Under the pieces are notes generated by a model. It worked only from the letters and a program-made list of their open reading frames with translations. It did no database searches and was not told where the DNA came from. A stretch of DNA of 57,172 bases, counting the filler, from Sanchytrium tribonematis (Eukaryota): the NCBI GenBank assembly GCA_018985235.1. It is 4 parts of 4 records of this genome, joined end to end, with 100 filler letters (N's around TTAATTAATTAA, not from the genome) between each part and the next. Parts side by side here need not be neighbours in the genome. Positions count along the whole stretch, not along the records: positions 1 to 14,331 come from JADGIG010000171.1; positions 14,432 to 28,650 come from JADGIG010000172.1; 2 more parts are not named here. The stretch is one strand, 5' to 3'. The stretch's first letter is position 1. Each line of letters begins with the position of its first letter. The translations under genes and the position numbers were made by a program. Shown here piece after piece: positions 11,958 to 23,972 of this stretch.

Positions 11958-12827
11958 ATGGATTTATACCTTTATATTATCTTTGGATTAATATTAATTG
12001 TGGCCATATTAACATTTTCAATGTTTATAATGTATTATAAATATATTTTGCGTAAAAAGTGGGATAAGAGAGCAAGTTGTATTGAAATGGCTACTGATAA
12101 AATCAAAGAGACTATTAATCAAGAAATCTCCGATTTAACTGCTGATGGCACTTCGATTGATGACAAGATTGAAGACTCAATCGAAACAAAGACTTTAGTA
12201 CAAATTATTCAGCAGCCAAAAGAACACCCGATCTTTCAAGAGCCACTCCCTGATGACATTCATGAATTGTTTAACCCTAAATTACAACCAAAAAATGGGC
12301 CCTTGGTACAATTTAGCGAGAGGGACCTTTTAAGTTTCCCGAAAACCGCTCTTAAAGGAAACGATATGATAAAAGAAATAAAAGCGAAAGAAACGATTAA
12401 AAAGCGTGATAACGGAGATGCGAGTGACAATGATAACATACCTCTTGAGGTAATAAGAACTAATTCAACAAAAAGAGTGGGTCGTTCTGTTGTTAAATAT
12501 CCTAACTCTAGTCGCGAAACTAGTCAAGATCCCGCAAACTCGAGAAATAGGTCGCATAGCAGAAATCATTCAAGAAGACGCTCACCCAGTAGGGCACGCT
12601 CAGAATTTGACGATCGCCACACCAAATTTGAACATCCAAAATATCGAGGAAAGTCAGATTTCGAGGATTATTACCTCCATTATTTAGTTCCTACAATTTC
12701 TGCAGTCGTGCAGCAAACATTAGAGCAAACCATAAATGCCAAGGGAAATTACGTCGACCAATGGGTAAACAATAATGAAGTCACAAGTGTGGATGGGCTT
12801 CAGACCCCATCACTTAAAAGTTTTTAA
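11958..12827 (+). CDS. Hypothetical protein, N-terminal TM and RS-rich low-complexity region
   Basis: ATG 11958 preceded by [29 protein letters not shown] then RKK. Confidence 0.6.
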   Translation: MDLYLYIIFGLILIVAILTFSMFIMYYKYILRKKWDKRASCIEMATDKIKETINQEISDLTADGTSIDDKIEDSIETKTLVQIIQQPKEHPIFQEPLPDDIHELFNPKLQPKNGPLVQFSERDLLSFPKTALKGNDMIKEIKAKETIKKRDNGDASDNDNIPLEVIRTNSTKRVGRSVVKYPNSSRETSQDPANSRNRSHSRNHSRRRSPSRARSEFDDRHTKFEHPKYRGKSDFEDYYLHYLVPTISAVVQQTLEQTINAKGNYVDQWVNNNEVTSVDGLQTPSLKSF

Positions 12828-12842
12828 TTTCAATAAAATGAT

Positions 12843-14331
12843 TTATTTAAAGTCTTTAGGTTGTAAATTTTTCATTTTGAAGTACTCTAAAATTTGAAAA
12901 GGAATCTTTTCGAGGATATTCTCCGGATCTTTCTGCAAGCTAACCTCGTAAAAATCGCAAACGTCACGTCTGGATTTCCTGGAACCGTCTCTGGAAATCA
13001 ATAAACCATTTTCACCACTAAAGCTATGCATTTTGGTAAAATTTTCAGAACCCACTCCTAAAATAATTACACTAATTGGAAAATTAGAGCAAGAAATTAA
13101 CTCCTCCATTGTCTCGTGATAGTCAGTTACTTGACCGTCAGTAATAATAAGGTGGACGTAGTATTCTTTCCTTGATTGTCTTGCAATCTTTGAAGCCAAT
13201 TTAAGATGAGGGGCAAAGTTTGTGGGGCCGCTGAGTTTAATGGAACGTAATTTCTTTCGATAGGCTTTCAATAGCGTCTCCACACTTACTATGTTTTTTT
13301 CTTCGCTTAAATTAAAAGTGTGATTGATTTTATATTTCGTGCCGCTTCTAACTTCTGCACCAAACCCATAAGCCGTGATGTCGTTAGCTCCATAACTTGA
13401 AATTAAGTCGCCAACTAATTTGATGGCCTTTTCATATTCTGTAAGCTTAGATATTTCACGACCCTGAGGACCTATAAAATGTAAACTGGATGAGTTATGA
13501 GGAGTCTTATTGGACGATGTGAAATCTATACCAAGGGAGAATTTCAAATTGAGACCGCATTGTAAAAATTCAGTCAAATTATTTCTCTTCTCTTCTGAAA
13601 AATATTCAAAGGATATTTTTAATTCAGAATCAGGCGAGCTTATTAAAGTCATCTCTTTGATAGCACCACTGAGCAAATCGACTATTGGAATGTTTGAATA
13701 TCCGAGAGAGGAGCCATTTCTCACGAGTTCAAATTTTACAACTGACTCTTCCACGAGTCCTTGTAGGTACCCCTCTGAAATCGCGTTCGATTTACAGTCT
13801 AAAGATACGAGATCTTTATCATCGACCGAGCACCGAAGCACAGCCTGATGATGTTCTTCTACTTCGCATACTTTGATTCCAAATCGAATATTACCAAGTT
13901 CTGCCGGCTCTTTTTTTATATGAAATTCAATAGCTTCATTATTCCATGGGACTATTTCTGAAGCAGTAATAAGTCGAGAGAGATGGCATTGTGTCGAGAA
14001 TGTTTCCTTTGTGTCTAAATCTATTAGTTCCAACTTTATAAGCTGAAGTCTCTTAAACAAATAAGACATTCGGCAGATATTCACAGTGCCTTCAGACACA
14101 AAAGTGCCATCGTAAATGCTTTCATATTGTCCCTTGTTTAGCTCGCTCACTCTTAAATAAATATTTTTCAAATCAGTGGGAAAGGTTCCATAAAGTAGAA
14201 GTGTTTCATAATAGCTTTCAGCAGTAAACTGCTCAGCTTGCGCATTTTCCTCGAAATTTTTCTCCACTACGCTCGATTCACCAAAAGATTGTTTGTAGGA
14301 AATTGCATGAAACTGACTTTCGTCAGGCTTA
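12843..14331 (-). CDS. Copine (degenerate C2 plus vWA domain), 5'-truncated at contig end
   Basis: GIDFTSSN, SLHFI, YGFGA, LSGPTNFAP, LIITDG, PISVIILGVG. Frame stays open to the contig edge. Confidence 0.9.
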
Positions 14332-14431
14332 NNNNNNNNNNNNNNNNNNNNNNNNNNNNNNNNNNNNNNNNNNNNTTAATTAATTAANNNNNNNNNNNNN
14401 NNNNNNNNNNNNNNNNNNNNNNNNNNNNNNN
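14332..14431. other. Artificial contig linker
   Basis: 44 N + TTAATTAATTAA (stops in six frames) + 44 N = 100 nt. Confidence 0.97.
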
Positions 14432-14482
14432 CAATATCCAGACCAAGGTGATCCCAAAAAGAAGCGAGATATGTTTCTTCAT
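14432..14482 (-). CDS. 5' stub of a gene cut by the contig end (signal/anchor peptide)
   Basis: MKKHISLLFGITLVWIL, with TGAAAC ending 1 nt before the ATG. Confidence 0.4.
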
Positions 14483-14565
14483 AGTTTCACTAGCCACTTT
14501 TGACCTCAGTTTTCGACTCTGTAAAAAAGAATGTAAAAATTCTGCAGTAATAAAAGTAATTTTAT

Positions 14566-17131
14566 TTACTTGAGTTTATCCTTACAATATCTTTCCATTA
14601 TAATGTATGACCATGATTCAATGCTAAATTAATATTTAATACTTTGTAGACTTTTCTTTAGTTATTGTAATTGGAGATTTATCATCAACAAATGACCAGA
14701 GCGCTCTTTGTCGAAGCCCAGGATGCCCAGTCTCCTTAACTATAAATATCGGAGGGCATAAGCAATTCATTTCAATATGCCAAGTATACAATATTTTTAA
14801 TACGTTTATAAATTGAGAATCTAATCGATAATTGAGAATGGGAATGTCTTTGTTTGTATTGTTGTATTTTCTATCTTTAAATTCATAGTCAATGACCAGC
14901 ATCCCACTGCTTAGTTGATCATAAGGGATTTCAAATATGTTCAAGGTATTAGCATCCCGGCTGATCCAAATAAACCATTCAAATGGTGTCAAAACTAAAA
15001 ATATACCATCGTGTGTCAACGAGGCTGTGGTGGGCTGCATTACAGCCGAAAAAATCCCGGATAAGTCTTTGCCTAAAATATTATTTACATTTAAGACGCA
15101 AGGCCTCAAGGCAAGTCTGAGAGAATCCAGATTCATGGAACAAATTGCTTCAATATTGGGAATAATGCACTTCTCTCCTCTTAGCATTGGCGTTTTACAT
15201 AGGCCTAGTGCAAAGCTTAAAAGCTGCGTGAAATTAGGAGGTAATTGCTGTCCAGGCAATAAATTATTTTGCTTTGCTAATTGCATCAATTCGATACACT
15301 TGTGTAAAACAGCGTCTTTGGCATCTTCTACATTTGTTTCTCTTGATCTGTCTATAGCTTTTCGACTCAGCCAGGCAATAATAATACTCGGATCGATACT
15401 GCTTAAAGCTTGAGGAATGGTTGTAACTGGAACACGACAAGTCAAGACTCTAATCCTACGATCTCCTTGATCGCTAGTATGAAGTAAAGCACATTGAAAG
15501 ACACATTCTTTTTCTACGGGCTCTTCAATTTGAAATTCAACAAGGTAAGTATTTTGTGGATGTACGTTGGCCAAAGCCAGCAAATCACTACTCCTGGTAA
15601 AAAATTGACCGAAATATTGTACAGCTTTTAGACCACTACTTGCTCTGACTCTTAAAACGGCTTCTAATCCAATCGTTCTTGTGAAATAATAGTGGAATTG
15701 TTGTCTCGAAACGTCCGTTAGAGGATAATACGGAAAAATATTTCCACCAGTGTATTTTGACAAATAGTGCAATTCGTTGTTTGCATTGCAGAAACCATCC
15801 ACCCCCACATGACATCGACTGGCCTCCAAACTTATATTTTTTGGATTTTTGATTGTACAATCATTTTGAAATAAATAAGTAATCGTGCCACCAATCGGCT
15901 TTAAAACATTAAGCATAAAATCGAAAACTGAATTGAGACTGTGAGTCTTGACTCTAGGTTCGGGGTAAATCTGTCTTATTTGATCCAGGACCGGTGCAAT
16001 ATTGACCTCATGTATTCTCATTAAAATTTGATCCCTTGGAAGAATTAATGCATCCTCAACATCATTATAAATCACGATCTCATCTTTAGTTATCAAAATA
16101 ATATCTTCCAAAATTAATATAAAGCCTATCATCGCCCTGTTTTGAGATGTGGGGATTTGGCCTAGAATTTGGCTAATTTCATAAAGATAATTGATGTCGT
16201 CCGTAACAAAGTAAAAGCAGGTTGACATAGGAGGTCTTATCATGTATTCTTGAGGTGCAAAATACTCAACGGAATTACTTGACATTATTGGTTTCAGTAC
16301 ATTTGGATCTGTTGTTTCAAGATTATTAAATAAATTGCATGTATTACATTGCCAACGATTGGCGCGAATTATGCAAAAACAATTTAAGTAAGTTCTACAT
16401 CTCCGACATCTAATAATAGCGTAAGATTGAGTAAATTTAGAATTCAAAGGTTGTATATAAAGGACCATTGGTATATTGGCAACGGTCGACGAAAGCTGTA
16501 TATCGCCAGATTGAATCGCAATATCAGAGGGGTAGTCGGACTCGGGCGAGAAAACTTGCGGCTGGGTTTGTTGATTATACTGCTGAGAATTTTGAGAAAT
16601 CCGATTACTTGGCTGTGCTTTCTGGCTAAATTGTGAGGCAAATCCTGTACTTTGCAATTGATTTGGCGATGTGGGTGATATTTGTTGATTTTGCTGAAAT
16701 TGTGGTATTTGAGGTCTTTGAATATTTGGACCATTTTGCATGGGAGGCTGGATAAATTGTGGGGTTTGAGGTCTTTGATTGTTTGGTCTATTTTGCATCG
16801 GTGGCTGATTAAACTGAGGAATCTGAGGTCTTTGACTAGGTGGGCCATTTTGAATAGCAGGCTGATTGTTTTGCATTTCCACAGGTCTCTGAATCTGTTG
16901 TACAGGCCTTGCATTCAAAAATTGTGGTGGCATTGTGTTCGGGCGTCCTGGTCTTCCTACGACTTGGTTGGTATTGACAGGGTTTGATCTCAAAGGACCC
17001 TGAGGGTATTGTTGCTGGGCCTGATGAGTCGGTGGTCTATTAAAATTATTTTGAATCGGGGATTGCAGTGGCCTAAGCGGCGGACGTTGTTGATTAGGAG
17101 GATATTGTTGATTGTAAGTTTGATGATTCAT
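14566..17131 (-). CDS. SEC24: COPII coat subunit Sec24 (one intron)
   Basis: P/Q-rich N-terminus, IIRCRRCRTYLN...WQCNTC zinc finger, VEYFAPQEYMIRPP, IGLEAVLRVRASSGL, RRIRVLT. Spliced end SWSYIIMERYCKDKLK*. Confidence 0.95.
14624..14642 (-). other. 19-nt spliceosomal intron
   Basis: GTATTAAATATTAATTTAG, matches the intron consensus. Confidence 0.8.
16695..16866 (-). repeat. Three imperfect 57-nt (19-aa) coding tandem repeats in the Sec24 N-terminus
   Basis: GAGGTCTTTG recurs at 16711, 16768 and 16825 (QRPQxPQFxQPPMQN units). Confidence 0.85.
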
Positions 17132-17277
17132 CTAGGCAAAAACTTTGTTTCAAGATATTATTTTTTGTTAAATACTAGTATTTGCAAGTTTTTGAAAATA
17201 GATATGGTGTAAGCAATAAGCCACCAAACATAATAAATTATTAAAAGAAGTTTTTTTTCATGTCTTGTAAATTTTTT

Positions 17278-17283
17278 TGAAAC
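17278..17283 (+). promoter_or_regulatory. TGAAAC start-proximal motif (representative copy)
   Basis: Exact hexamer within about 20 nt upstream of 15 start codons in the window. Confidence 0.65.
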
Positions 17284-17286
17284 AAG

Positions 17287-18526
17287 ATGGACGAGTTTGC
17301 AAATGCACCAGCAGAAGAAATTATTGATAGAACGAGACTTATAGAAAATGAAATAAAAGTATTAAAAAGCGAATTTCAAAGGCTGCAGCATGAGCAGTCT
17401 CAAATGAATGCTCAAGTAAAAGATAATACCGAAAAAATTGCTAGAAATAAGCAACTACCATATCTGGTCGGAAATGTAATCGAGCTTCTTGAACTAGAAA
17501 ATGAAGAAGAAGAAGATGCTCAGATGGACATTGATGCAACAAGAGAAAGTGCAGCCGTAGTCAAAACAAGCACAAGACAAACCATATTTTTACCAATGAT
17601 TGGTCTTGTGGATAAAAAAGAACTGACCCCAAGTGATTTGGTCGGGCTAAACAAAGATTCGTATTTAATATTAGATAAATTACCAGCCGAATATGACGCA
17701 AGAGTCAAGGCTATGGAAGTCGATGAAAAGCCTACTGAAGATTATTCTGATATAGGTGGACTTGATAAGCAAATCGAAGAACTTGTGGAAGCTGTAGTAT
17801 TACCAATGACTCATGCTGATAAGTTTAAAACTTTAGGTATCAAGCCACCAAAAGGTTGCTTAATGTATGGACCCCCAGGAACTGGTAAAACCTTACTTGC
17901 TCGAGCCTGTGCTGCCCAGTCGAAGGCTACATTTCTTAAACTTGCTGGCCCTCAATTAGTTCAAATGTTTATTGGAGACGGTGCCAAGTTAGTTAGAGAT
18001 GCTTTCGCATTAGCTAGAGAAAAAGCCCCTACAATCATCTTTATTGATGAAATTGATGCTATCGGTACTAAAAGATTTGATAGTGAGAAAAGTGGAGACA
18101 GGGAAGTACAAAGAACTATGTTGGAGCTCTTGAATCAACTTGATGGTTTTTCATCAGACGATAGAATCAAAGTAATCGCTGCAACTAATAGGATCGATAT
18201 ATTAGACCCAGCTCTGCTCAGATCAGGACGTCTGGATCGTAAAATCGAATTCCCCCATCCAAATGAGGAAGCCAGAGCTCGTATCATGCAAATTCATTCT
18301 AGAAAAATGACTGTCAAAAATGTAAATTTTGAAGAGTTGGCAAGATGTTGTGAAGATTTTAATGGTGCTCAGTGCAAAGCAATATGCGTTGAAGCTGGTA
18401 TGATTGCTTTGCGAAGAAATGGATCTGAAGTCGGTCATGAGGACTTTATGGACGGTAATTTATTTTAATCTAGCGATCCAAGAAGTTCAGGCAAAGAAGA
18501 AACAAACTTTGCAATATTATGCGTAA
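17287..18526 (+). CDS. RPT5: 26S proteasome regulatory ATPase 6A (one intron)
   Basis: [52 protein letters not shown]; spliced tail [14 protein letters not shown]. Confidence 0.98.
18455..18473 (+). other. 19-nt spliceosomal intron
   Basis: GTAATTTATTTTAATCTAG; removal restores the HbYX tail YYA. Confidence 0.96.
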
Positions 18527-18532
18527 AATAAA

Positions 18533-19615
18533 CTATTTGCTTTTGCAAAAACCTGTCATTTGCTCTTTCTTAAATTGCAAGAATTTGTTTGTATTGAATT
18601 CCAAATCAAATTTTGTTTCTTGCTCTAGGAATCTAGGGTCGATATATCGAGGTTCGCTTGATTCGTTTTCCATAAGCCATTCAGTATCAATATCGCCAAT
18701 GACGGTCGCCAATTCCGAAAAAATGGGCTTTCCATTTGGTAATTTTAAATCTAATTCAATTTGACATCGTTCATTGATTAGTGATTCATCACAGCCAAAG
18801 TTGGAAAGTTGCATCAACGATTCTCTACAATTCGATTTTGAAAGCAAACCGCAAATTATAATATCCTTTGAGTATTCGTCGTATAACTTCGAATATTGGG
18901 GAGGTAAGGTAATATTATTTTCTAAGCAAAAATAAACCAAAGCACATGCGAATGACCTTTCAAGATTTTTAGGTATTTTACAAGTCTCTTTTTGAGCTAT
19001 AAAAACCAACAAATACCCCAAATAATCTGCGACCCAATCTTCAGTAAGAAGTACTCGAGGTACAATTGTCTCGACGTAATAATAGAAATCTCTGCAAGAC
19101 ATCTTCTCCAGATATTTAAAAGTTTCCAATGTATGGTCTTTTAAGAATAATAGAATAAGATCCTGACTCCACAAACAAAGTTGCTTATTTGTATCCGGTA
19201 ACTTACACCAAAATTCATTATGCAAGTAATTCATCATCTGAGACACAATCGATTTAAGCAGAGTTTCACTCGGTAAATTATGGTGACATATGCCATGTCT
19301 TACATCTACCCATAGTTGAGGAATTTTAAGCTGAAGACACAATGCATGCAATGGGACAGCGTGAACGGAATCTTGTTGCGAGTCCATTAAGTTATTTATA
19401 AATCGAATTATTGCAAAGGATAAATTCGCAACATTTGGATCTCGAATAGCCTGCATCAAAATCAGCGTAAGATCAATCGAAAGTGGACACTTACCTCGCA
19501 GCTGCATAGATTCTATGATTTCTTCTGCTTTAGAGTATGCCTTTGATTCGTAAATGAGGTTTTTCAAATGAAGCAGCTCTTCTAATTTTTCAAGCGGAAA
19601 ATATCGATGCTTCAT
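18533..19615 (-). CDS. LAS1: Las1 pre-rRNA processing HEPN endoribonuclease
   Basis: RGKCP, SFAIIRFINNLMD, IPQLWVDVRHGICHHNLPS (RxxxxH). Confidence 0.85.
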   Translation of the reverse strand: MKHRYFPLEKLEELLHLKNLIYESKAYSKAEEIIESMQLRGKCPLSIDLTLILMQAIRDPNVANLSFAIIRFINNLMDSQQDSVHAVPLHALCLQLKIPQLWVDVRHGICHHNLPSETLLKSIVSQMMNYLHNEFWCKLPDTNKQLCLWSQDLILLFLKDHTLETFKYLEKMSCRDFYYYVETIVPRVLLTEDWVADYLGYLLVFIAQKETCKIPKNLERSFACALVYFCLENNITLPPQYSKLYDEYSKDIIICGLLSKSNCRESLMQLSNFGCDESLINERCQIELDLKLPNGKPIFSELATVIGDIDTEWLMENESSEPRYIDPRFLEQETKFDLEFNTNKFLQFKKEQMTGFCKSK

Positions 19616-19660
19616 TGTTCCAGTTTCATCCTTTGGTTTTGGAATTGATATAATACAATT

Positions 19661-19957
19661 TTATTCAGAAATGATGTCAATGTATAACTCACAAGGCAAC
19701 TTAGTCGCATTTTGAAGTCCATAAGTGCTGGCATTTTGAATTAATACTGGACCACGTGGTAGATCCATTATATTATCATCTACAATTAAATTGCAATGTC
19801 CTGCTACCAATGTGACAATAATCTGATGAGAGATTAATTCTGTAAGCTTATCAGACATTGGCTTTAGTTTCACAAACGCAAGAGTTGCTTTCTTAGTCTT
19901 ACAAACTGGTAAAAAAGAGAAGCTGGTTTTCGATTTATATTTCGCAACTTGAAACAT
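19661..19957 (-). CDS. Small cupin-fold protein resembling the CENP-C/Mif2 C-terminal domain
   Basis: 98 aa; beta-rich pattern VKLKPMSDK...LVAGHCNLIVD...RGPVLIQNASTYGLQN...CELYI. Confidence 0.45.
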   Translation of the reverse strand: MFQVAKYKSKTSFSFLPVCKTKKATLAFVKLKPMSDKLTELISHQIIVTLVAGHCNLIVDDNIMDLPRGPVLIQNASTYGLQNATKLPCELYIDIISE

Positions 19958-19969
19958 TTTGTTTTATTG

Positions 19970-20761
19970 TCATCCACCAGTCGAAAATGTTCTGGTAGTA
20001 GGGCTGACTTGTATCTCATCAAATCTGTTTTTTTCTTCTGCAGCTTTTTTCCAAATTTGTCTTTTCCGATTCATTTTTTTGAATAAAATGACAGCAATAC
20101 AAATGATTAACAATAATCCTATTAAACCTCCAATAATTATTGCTGAAATAATGAGTCCATTTTTAAGTCTTTCGTACTTGGACTTATCTTCCTCTTCGTC
20201 GACCATTTCCACGTGATACTGATAGATATTTTTAGTATGATGAATATTGCAGGCGTTCTTATTACACTTTTTACAAATATCTTTGAAAGAACTCAGACCG
20301 CAGCTCTTTTTAGTATTGTTTTGTGAGATACAAATTTCTGATCTTGCATTAGCCTGACTTACAAGCAGCGATTCACAATAAATAATTATATTTTTTCGAA
20401 TGTTTGCAATGTTCGGTTGAGAAGCGCATTCAGAAGTGTAATGCGCGAATTGTTGGGCAAATTTAAAACAGGTATCGGGACAGAGCGGCTTAATTTGCCC
20501 ATTCCCGCAACTTCGAGCATTATTTGCAGCGGTCGCGCACAGCCAAGTAGCATACAATGGTATATTATTATTCAAACTTTTACCACCGCAGGAATTTAAG
20601 TAGTCATAGTGAATTTTCAAGGCAGTCTCGATGCTATGGTCAAAGTCAGATTTTGATAATGCAACAGGAAATTCGTTTATTTCTGAGAACCCCAATTCTC
20701 TAAATTTCATACCTGTGTATTGAGGGCAAAATACTGATTGTGGGACCGTGAAGCAGGACAT
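19970..20761 (-). CDS. Hypothetical Cys-rich single-pass membrane protein
   Basis: First ATG 20761; many Cys; TM IISAIIIGGLIGLLLIICIAVILF then KKMNRKR. Confidence 0.65.
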   Translation of the reverse strand: MSCFTVPQSVFCPQYTGMKFRELGFSEINEFPVALSKSDFDHSIETALKIHYDYLNSCGGKSLNNNIPLYATWLCATAANNARSCGNGQIKPLCPDTCFKFAQQFAHYTSECASQPNIANIRKNIIIYCESLLVSQANARSEICISQNNTKKSCGLSSFKDICKKCNKNACNIHHTKNIYQYHVEMVDEEEDKSKYERLKNGLIISAIIIGGLIGLLLIICIAVILFKKMNRKRQIWKKAAEEKNRFDEIQVSPTTRTFSTGG

Positions 20762-20974
20762 AAGGGGGACTATTTTTATTATTCTATATTTTGTATTAGG
20801 TGACACGAAAATTATTGTGTAACCAAAGTATAAATTGGAGCTCCTTCGTTTTTGTTGTGTAAATTTGAATCGCTGAACTCTAAGCTTTCATTTGAATGTA
20901 ATTTTATCGTTTTTGAAATTTTCGACTTATATCCGAAAGGGTCAGATGATCTTGAAACAGATTTTAGAATCAGA

Positions 20975-23353
20975 ATGAGCAAATTTGATTATGCCACGCA
21001 TTTCGATTTTATCGTTCATAAAAAGCATCATCTTTTATCCTATACAGTACAGAGGATACTTCTTCAGTTGGTTACTGGAGCAGACGCACCTGTTGACACA
21101 TTAATTCAGAGTGCTAAAATATTTTTTCATTATCGATTTATCCCATGGGAATGTGTTCAAGTAGATAATAAAATTGGATTGATTGTTCCCTACCAACAAG
21201 AAAATTGTCAAGATCTGATCGTTGGAAAAGCAGACATCAAGTATATTGAGGATGTTTATACTCTTATGTGGTACCCCTATCTAGTATTATTTCTCGATGA
21301 TATAGAATTAAAAGATGTCACAGGTATCAAAATGGTGGAGCTAATTGAATCTTTGGCTGATTTTAATATATATGAGTCAGTCGTACAACTGTATAAAAAA
21401 TGCATTTTAGTTCCTCGGCTATTTATCGAGAGGCACTCGGCTCTTGAAGTTACTGATGAAAAAATCAAAGAACTTCTTCGTCTTTATTCTAGAACTGAGG
21501 ATTGCCTTAAGCTTACACATCAATCTGCTGAATATTATAATTTGTACATGTCACCTGAGTTTATCATTGGGCATATCAGAACAGACATAAAAGAATTATA
21601 TCAAGGAACTCTTTTGCCAAATGACAACCCATACACCAATTATCTTTCTACATTAAATCATAGACATTCGAAAGTTCCAAGTTTTGAAGAACTCTCCCAT
21701 GTCACTTGGACCAAGGAGTATGCAAGCGGATTAAAGCCAATAGCATTTAGACCAAGCCCTAAGAGATTGGGCGATGCTTTGAGAGAAGAAATGGCGGTCC
21801 CTGATATCATTGATTACGAACCTTACCTGGAGGCCTACTTTTTTCTTTCTCTCAATTCGGAATATATTGGATTGTATCCATTTAGATTTGGAGAATTTGT
21901 TTTTTCAATGGAAAACAAGAGCATGCTTACAGAACACATTTTCTTATCGCTTCTGCATCTCGTGCGATTCACTACTGATAAAGACAAATTTCCCATCCCA
22001 AATTCCCAAAAGTACATGGAGACAGATAAAGCTACTGCAATGATAATTGAGGATGGTAATATTAAACCTGAAAATTTAAAAAGGGCGAAAGCCATTACAG
22101 AGTTTAAGTTGGCTGAAAAAAAGTTTTTCAAGTATCTTAAATATTATAAACCTACTACATGGATTTTTTGCTTTGCCATCTTCTTAAGAGAATTCGTAGA
22201 TTTAGAACAAATACCTGATTTACTAATCATTCTGGAACATTTGCTAGATATAAAACCACCTACAACTATGCAGGTTGATGGTGCTGTGGATATTTCCGAA
22301 GATGACAATGACAGCCTAGACGACTCTAAAAGGACGGTTACTAGGAGTATGGATTTGGACCAATTAAGTCAAACTCGACGCTCTAGTCGCTCTACTTCTA
22401 GCAATGACCAACCTTCTAGTAAAAGGAAAAAACTCAATGATGAAATAAGTGAAGAGTCTAAATTCGTCACGAGCAGTAATAATAATTTAGATGACAATGA
22501 AATATTTGCTGAAATAATGATCACTCGTTTTCACAAATTACAACCCAATCAAAAACTTTCAATGATTTTGTACATGATTTCAATAGTCACTGTTTCTAGA
22601 GAGTTTTCAATTTTTGTTGATAAAAGTGTTGAACTTAAAAGCAATGCAGATGACTTTATTTTCAAAACCAAAAATCTGGTACGTGGAAGAGAAGAGATTT
22701 GTAAAAATATAGAAAAGCAGATTTTACAACGAAGCAGTACAAAACTCAGTTTAATAAATGAACAAAGCACGGCGGACGAAGGCTTGGAAAAATTACAGCG
22801 CGACTTGGATGACACTCAAAAAGATATTATTGACATAAAGAAAAAATTGAGAGAGAATGAGCAAACCTCAATTTTCAAAACAAACTCCCGGATAGAACCA
22901 CTAGGTTCGGACCGTTTTCAAAACAGATATTACTTTATTGATATGATAGGACCAGTCTCAGATATCGAATTCGGTTTGGGAATGATATTAGTCAAAGGTA
23001 GTGGAAACGGATCTGAAATTTTTGGCCAAGAAGGTAAAATACCAGGCTCTGATATATCTCACTACTGCTATTCTAAAAACTTTCCAGAAGAATACACTTT
23101 AGACATTCCAAAAGGTATGGATGATGGAAAGATGTCTAAAAATTGGTTTGTTTACTCAACCATTGAAGAAATTGATCTTTTATTAGACTGGCTTTATGAT
23201 TCCATACCATTGGAGCTATTTTTAAAACAGCAATTAAATCTGAATTTGCCAAACATCAAAAGTAAGCTAGATAAACGACTGAACGTAATTATTAATAACT
23301 TAGAGTCTAAAGAAACGCACGGAAAATGTTTATTATATCAATCCGTGGTCTAA
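20975..23353 (+). CDS. ISWI accessory subunit, Itc1/ACF1-like (DDT, WHIM1, WSD)
   Basis: DDT-like LEAYFFL...IGLYPFRFGEFV, WHIM1-like FHKLQPNQKLSMIL, RIEPLGSDRFQNRYYFID, WFVYSTIEEIDLLLDWL. Confidence 0.75.
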   Translation: MSKFDYATHFDFIVHKKHHLLSYTVQRILLQLVTGADAPVDTLIQSAKIFFHYRFIPWECVQVDNKIGLIVPYQQENCQDLIVGKADIKYIEDVYTLMWYPYLVLFLDDIELKDVTGIKMVELIESLADFNIYESVVQLYKKCILVPRLFIERHSALEVTDEKIKELLRLYSRTEDCLKLTHQSAEYYNLYMSPEFIIGHIRTDIKELYQGTLLPNDNPYTNYLSTLNHRHSKVPSFEELSHVTWTKEYASGLKPIAFRPSPKRLGDALREEMAVPDIIDYEPYLEAYFFLSLNSEYIGLYPFRFGEFVFSMENKSMLTEHIFLSLLHLVRFTTDKDKFPIPNSQKYMETDKATAMIIEDGNIKPENLKRAKAITEFKLAEKKFFKYLKYYKPTTWIFCFAIFLREFVDLEQIPDLLIILEHLLDIKPPTTMQVDGAVDISEDDNDSLDDSKRTVTRSMDLDQLSQTRRSSRSTSSNDQPSSKRKKLNDEISEESKFVTSSNNNLDDNEIFAEIMITRFHKLQPNQKLSMILYMISIVTVSREFSIFVDKSVELKSNADDFIFKTKNLVRGREEICKNIEKQILQRSSTKLSLINEQSTADEGLEKLQRDLDDTQKDIIDIKKKLRENEQTSIFKTNSRIEPLGSDRFQNRYYFIDMIGPVSDIEFGLGMILVKGSGNGSEIFGQEGKIPGSDISHYCYSKNFPEEYTLDIPKGMDDGKMSKNWFVYSTIEEIDLLLDWLYDSIPLELFLKQQLNLNLPNIKSKLDKRLNVIINNLESKETHGKCLLYQSVV

Positions 23354-23414
23354 AATTGTAAAAAAATAAACCTAATTTATGTTTTTAGTAATTAAATCAT
23401 TAATTTAAAATTTA

Positions 23415-23768
23415 TTATCTGGACATGGATATTTTTAAATATTTATCGTTCCCGTAAAAAACTCTAGCACCAATGCTTGTTATTTTTCTTTTATCCAAAA
23501 CCTCAAGTGCGCATTTTAATAGTTTAGTGGTCTCCATTAATTCCACTTTTAGTCTCTCGCTAAATTTCAAGTGACTATCATCAATAAATCGCTCTATGAT
23601 TGACTCCCTGTCTGAATACCGTAATTCAATTACATCTAAATAAGATTGAGAATGTTCCATTTCGTACGCGTCCATGTTTGCAGGATAAGTTTCGCAATTG
23701 TGGTGTGGAGGTTTCAGGACTTTTATGTTAGATGCCAACGAAGCACGCTCGGTTTCATAAAATTGCAA
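23415..23768 (-). CDS. Hypothetical protein, start uncertain
   Basis: 117-codon frame starting at TTG, fills a gap, stop followed by AATAAA. Confidence 0.35.
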   Translation of the reverse strand: MQFYETERASLASNIKVLKPPHHNCETYPANMDAYEMEHSQSYLDVIELRYSDRESIIERFIDDSHLKFSERLKVELMETTKLLKCALEVLDKRKITSIGARVFYGNDKYLKISMSR

Positions 23769-23972
23769 AAGTCCTAATAATTATTCAAATAAGTCAACGC
23801 TTTAAAAAATTCAGAGCTAGCATTGGTTTAGTTCAAATCTTCAATATTTCGTAGGAAGATAAATTTCAAAGAATTGTGCATTAAATTATGATGGGTTAGA
23901 CAGCAAATTATTAACAATTACTTTTGCTGCCTAAAACTTAAGCGAATCCGCACTGCTTTTTGAAGTTTATTT

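Noticed and set aside
14376..14387. TTAATTAATTAA palindrome repeated three times (also 28695, 42979)
   Set aside because: Always centred in exactly 44+44 N; an assembly linker, not biology.
23774..23798. Possible 25-nt intron giving the 23415-23768 ORF an ATG
   Set aside because: GTTGAC donor, off-consensus length, no A at -6 and no homology to validate it.
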